DNA of 24,000 nt from positions 76,010-100,009 of the forward strand of contig JAUVHO010000002.1 in NCBI GenBank assembly GCA_030593295.1, in the 5' to 3' direction. A model generated the notes under the pieces. It ran no database searches. It was not told where the DNA came from and saw only the letters and a list, made by a program, of their open reading frames with translations. Below are positions 22,727 to 24,000 of the stretch, one piece after another. How positions within the stretch are numbered: the stretch's first letter is position 1; every line of letters begins with the position of its first letter. Source of the DNA: Methanomassiliicoccales archaeon (GTDB taxonomy: Archaea; Thermoplasmatota; Thermoplasmata; RBG-16-68-12; SOIM01). A program made the translations under genes and the position numbers.

Positions 22727-23525
22727 TATCCAACGAGAAATCCATTGATTTGTATGAGTGGGTCAACCAGCCCAGTGAAATCGTATCGGCATACCTGGCA
22801 TAACCTTCGATATTGTCTGGTGTGATGCCTCCGGATGCTTCTATGCTGGCGTCGCTGAGCTCTCTGATCTTTTTCGCGATCCCCTCTCCGACCTCGGGCG
22901 TCATGTTGTCCAGCATGATTATGTCCGCACCCGACCTGGCCGCTTCCAAGGCTTCCGGTTCGTTGGTGACCTCGATCTCGATCTTCTTACCCTTTCCTTT
23001 GGCCTTCGCCCTCTTGACGGCCTCGCTGATCGAACCCACAAGTTCGAGATGGTTGTCCTTGATCAGGAACTCGCTGTCCAATCCGTATCTGTGCGGGTAA
23101 CCGCCCCCCAGCGTCACCGCCTTCTTCTCGTAATAACGGAAGCCTGGTGTCGTCTTCCTCGTTGCAGCAACGACAACATCCGGGTTGATTACCTTGCATC
23201 TCTGAACCAGGTCCCAAGTCTTAGTGGCAATCCCGCTCATCCTCATGATGAAGTTCAGCGCCACCCTCTCTCCCGCCAGTATCGACTTGGCGAGACCCTC
23301 GATCCTGAGGACCCTGTCGCCTTCCCTCACCCGTTGTCCGTCCACAAAAACCGTTGATGTCTTCAGTCCCAGGAGCCCGAATATCCCCTGAGCCTCTTCC
23401 AATCCCGCTAGAACGCAATCCTCCTTGGCGATGATTACTGCCTCAGCTTTCTCTTTCCCCAACAACGCCTTGGACGTAATGTCGCCCTTGCCAAGATCCT
23501 CCCGGAGGAAGTCTTTGAGAGCCAC
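22719..23525 (-). CDS. nadC: Nicotinate-nucleotide (quinolinate) pyrophosphorylase
   Basis: The product carries the typical NadC motifs LREDLGKGDITS, ERVALNF, ATRKTTPG, YEKKAVTLGGG, HR.GL and IMLDN. The ORF-track start is the TTG at 23534. The GTG at 23523-25 lies ~25 nt downstream of TATTTATA (rc of 23547-23554), so I prefer it. The start is uncertain by 3 codons. Confidence 0.9.
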   Translation of the reverse strand: MALKDFLREDLGKGDITSKALLGKEKAEAVIIAKEDCVLAGLEEAQGIFGLLGLKTSTVFVDGQRVREGDRVLRIEGLAKSILAGERVALNFIMRMSGIATKTWDLVQRCKVINPDVVVAATRKTTPGFRYYEKKAVTLGGGYPHRYGLDSEFLIKDNHLELVGSISEAVKRAKAKGKGKKIEIEVTNEPEALEAARSGADIIMLDNMTPEVGEGIAKKIRELSDASIEASGGITPDNIEGYARYADTISLGWLTHSYKSMDFSLDII

Positions 23526-23546
23526 GTTGAACAATCTCCATGGTGC

Positions 23547-23554
23547 TATAAATA
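23547..23554 (-). promoter_or_regulatory. TATA box for nadC
   Basis: The minus strand reads TATTTATA in the 25-bp gap between the beta-CASP stop and nadC. Confidence 0.5.
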
Positions 23555-23559
23555 CTTCA

Positions 23560-24000
23560 CTAAATGTCCAGCCACTCGCCTTCCATTGGCATCATGACTT
23601 CCCTGCCTTCGATATCGTTCGCCAGTTCCTTTCTGTTTTCCCCGTGGCAGAGGACCACCTTCTCCGGATCGCAGCCGTCAATGAAGTCCAGTAGGTCGTC
23701 GTGGTCGGCGTGGGCCGAGAAGTCGAAGAACGAGACCTCACATTTGACCTTCACCTTGACCCCGTGCAGGTCTATCATTCCAGTATCTCTCAGCAGGCGT
23801 CCGTTGGTACCCTCGACCTGATAGCCCGTGATGAATACCCCGCTCCTTGGATCGTTGGCAATCCTTTCCATGTAGCGAATCACTGGTCCACCGTCCATCA
23901 TCCCGCTGGTGGTCACGATGACCTCTCCCCTGAGCGCCTTCTCTCTTCCGGTCTCGCTCCTTACCTGCCGTGAGTCCTTCATGACCCTTCTCAGGTTGCG
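23560..24000 (-). CDS. beta-CASP/metallo-beta-lactamase-fold ribonuclease (aCPSF2-like), C-terminal part; gene continues past the right edge
   Basis: The product has beta-CASP motif B (DFSAHADHDDL) and motif C (VVLCHGE). The reading frame stays open upstream of the ORF-track Met to position 24000. Confidence 0.8.
   Translation of the reverse strand, partial: RNLRRVMKDSRQVRSETGREKALRGEVIVTTSGMMDGGPVIRYMERIANDPRSGVFITGYQVEGTNGRLLRDTGMIDLHGVKVKVKCEVSFFDFSAHADHDDLLDFIDGCDPEKVVLCHGENRKELANDIEGREVMMPMEGEWLDI

Noticed and set aside
1-24000. Mobile elements, prophage genes, CRISPR arrays or defence islands.
   Set aside because: I could find no integrase, transposase or Cas-like ORFs, no terminal inverted repeats, and no direct-repeat/spacer periodicity. 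The gene content is housekeeping plus surface proteins with uniform composition.

Overview
This is an archaeal chromosomal segment of roughly 55% GC by eye. My best guess from gene content is a Thermoplasmatota-like heterotroph, but this is not proven. The window is very compact: 18 protein genes plus the 5' part of RNase P RNA. I found no tRNA, rRNA, CRISPR array, transposase or integrase.

Content falls into four groups:
- Translation and RNA housekeeping: RNase P RNA, tyrS, a CBS-pair protein, trm5, proS, an Fcf1-like PIN nuclease and a beta-CASP nuclease.
- Cofactor and lipid genes: an RbkR-type riboflavin kinase/regulator, a geranylgeranyl reductase and nadC.
- A folate-dependent histidine-utilisation block (glutamate formiminotransferase, formimino-THF cyclodeaminase, hutU) that ends in an unusual ModE-type HTH::Nudix fusion gene.
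- Three type-I membrane-anchored secreted proteins, two of them giant. One is a 1054-aa LTD/Ig/PKD adhesin-like protein with a polyacidic cytoplasmic tail ending in a zinc ribbon. The other is a 1967-aa pyrolysin-like S8 protease with five tandem Ig-like repeats, a PKD domain and TSP3-type Ca repeats.

One 512-aa Arg-rich zinc-ribbon protein belongs to no family I can recognise. Most genes have a TATA-like box centred 22-31 nt upstream of the start codon, which implies leaderless mRNAs, some with GTG starts. On that basis I shortened several ORF-track starts. Only the two giant exoprotein genes carry longer leaders with strong Shine-Dalgarno sites.

I do not see a clear-cut novel multi-gene system. 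The best follow-up candidates are the HTH::Nudix fusion, the orphan 512-aa protein and the zinc-ribbon-tailed surface protein.
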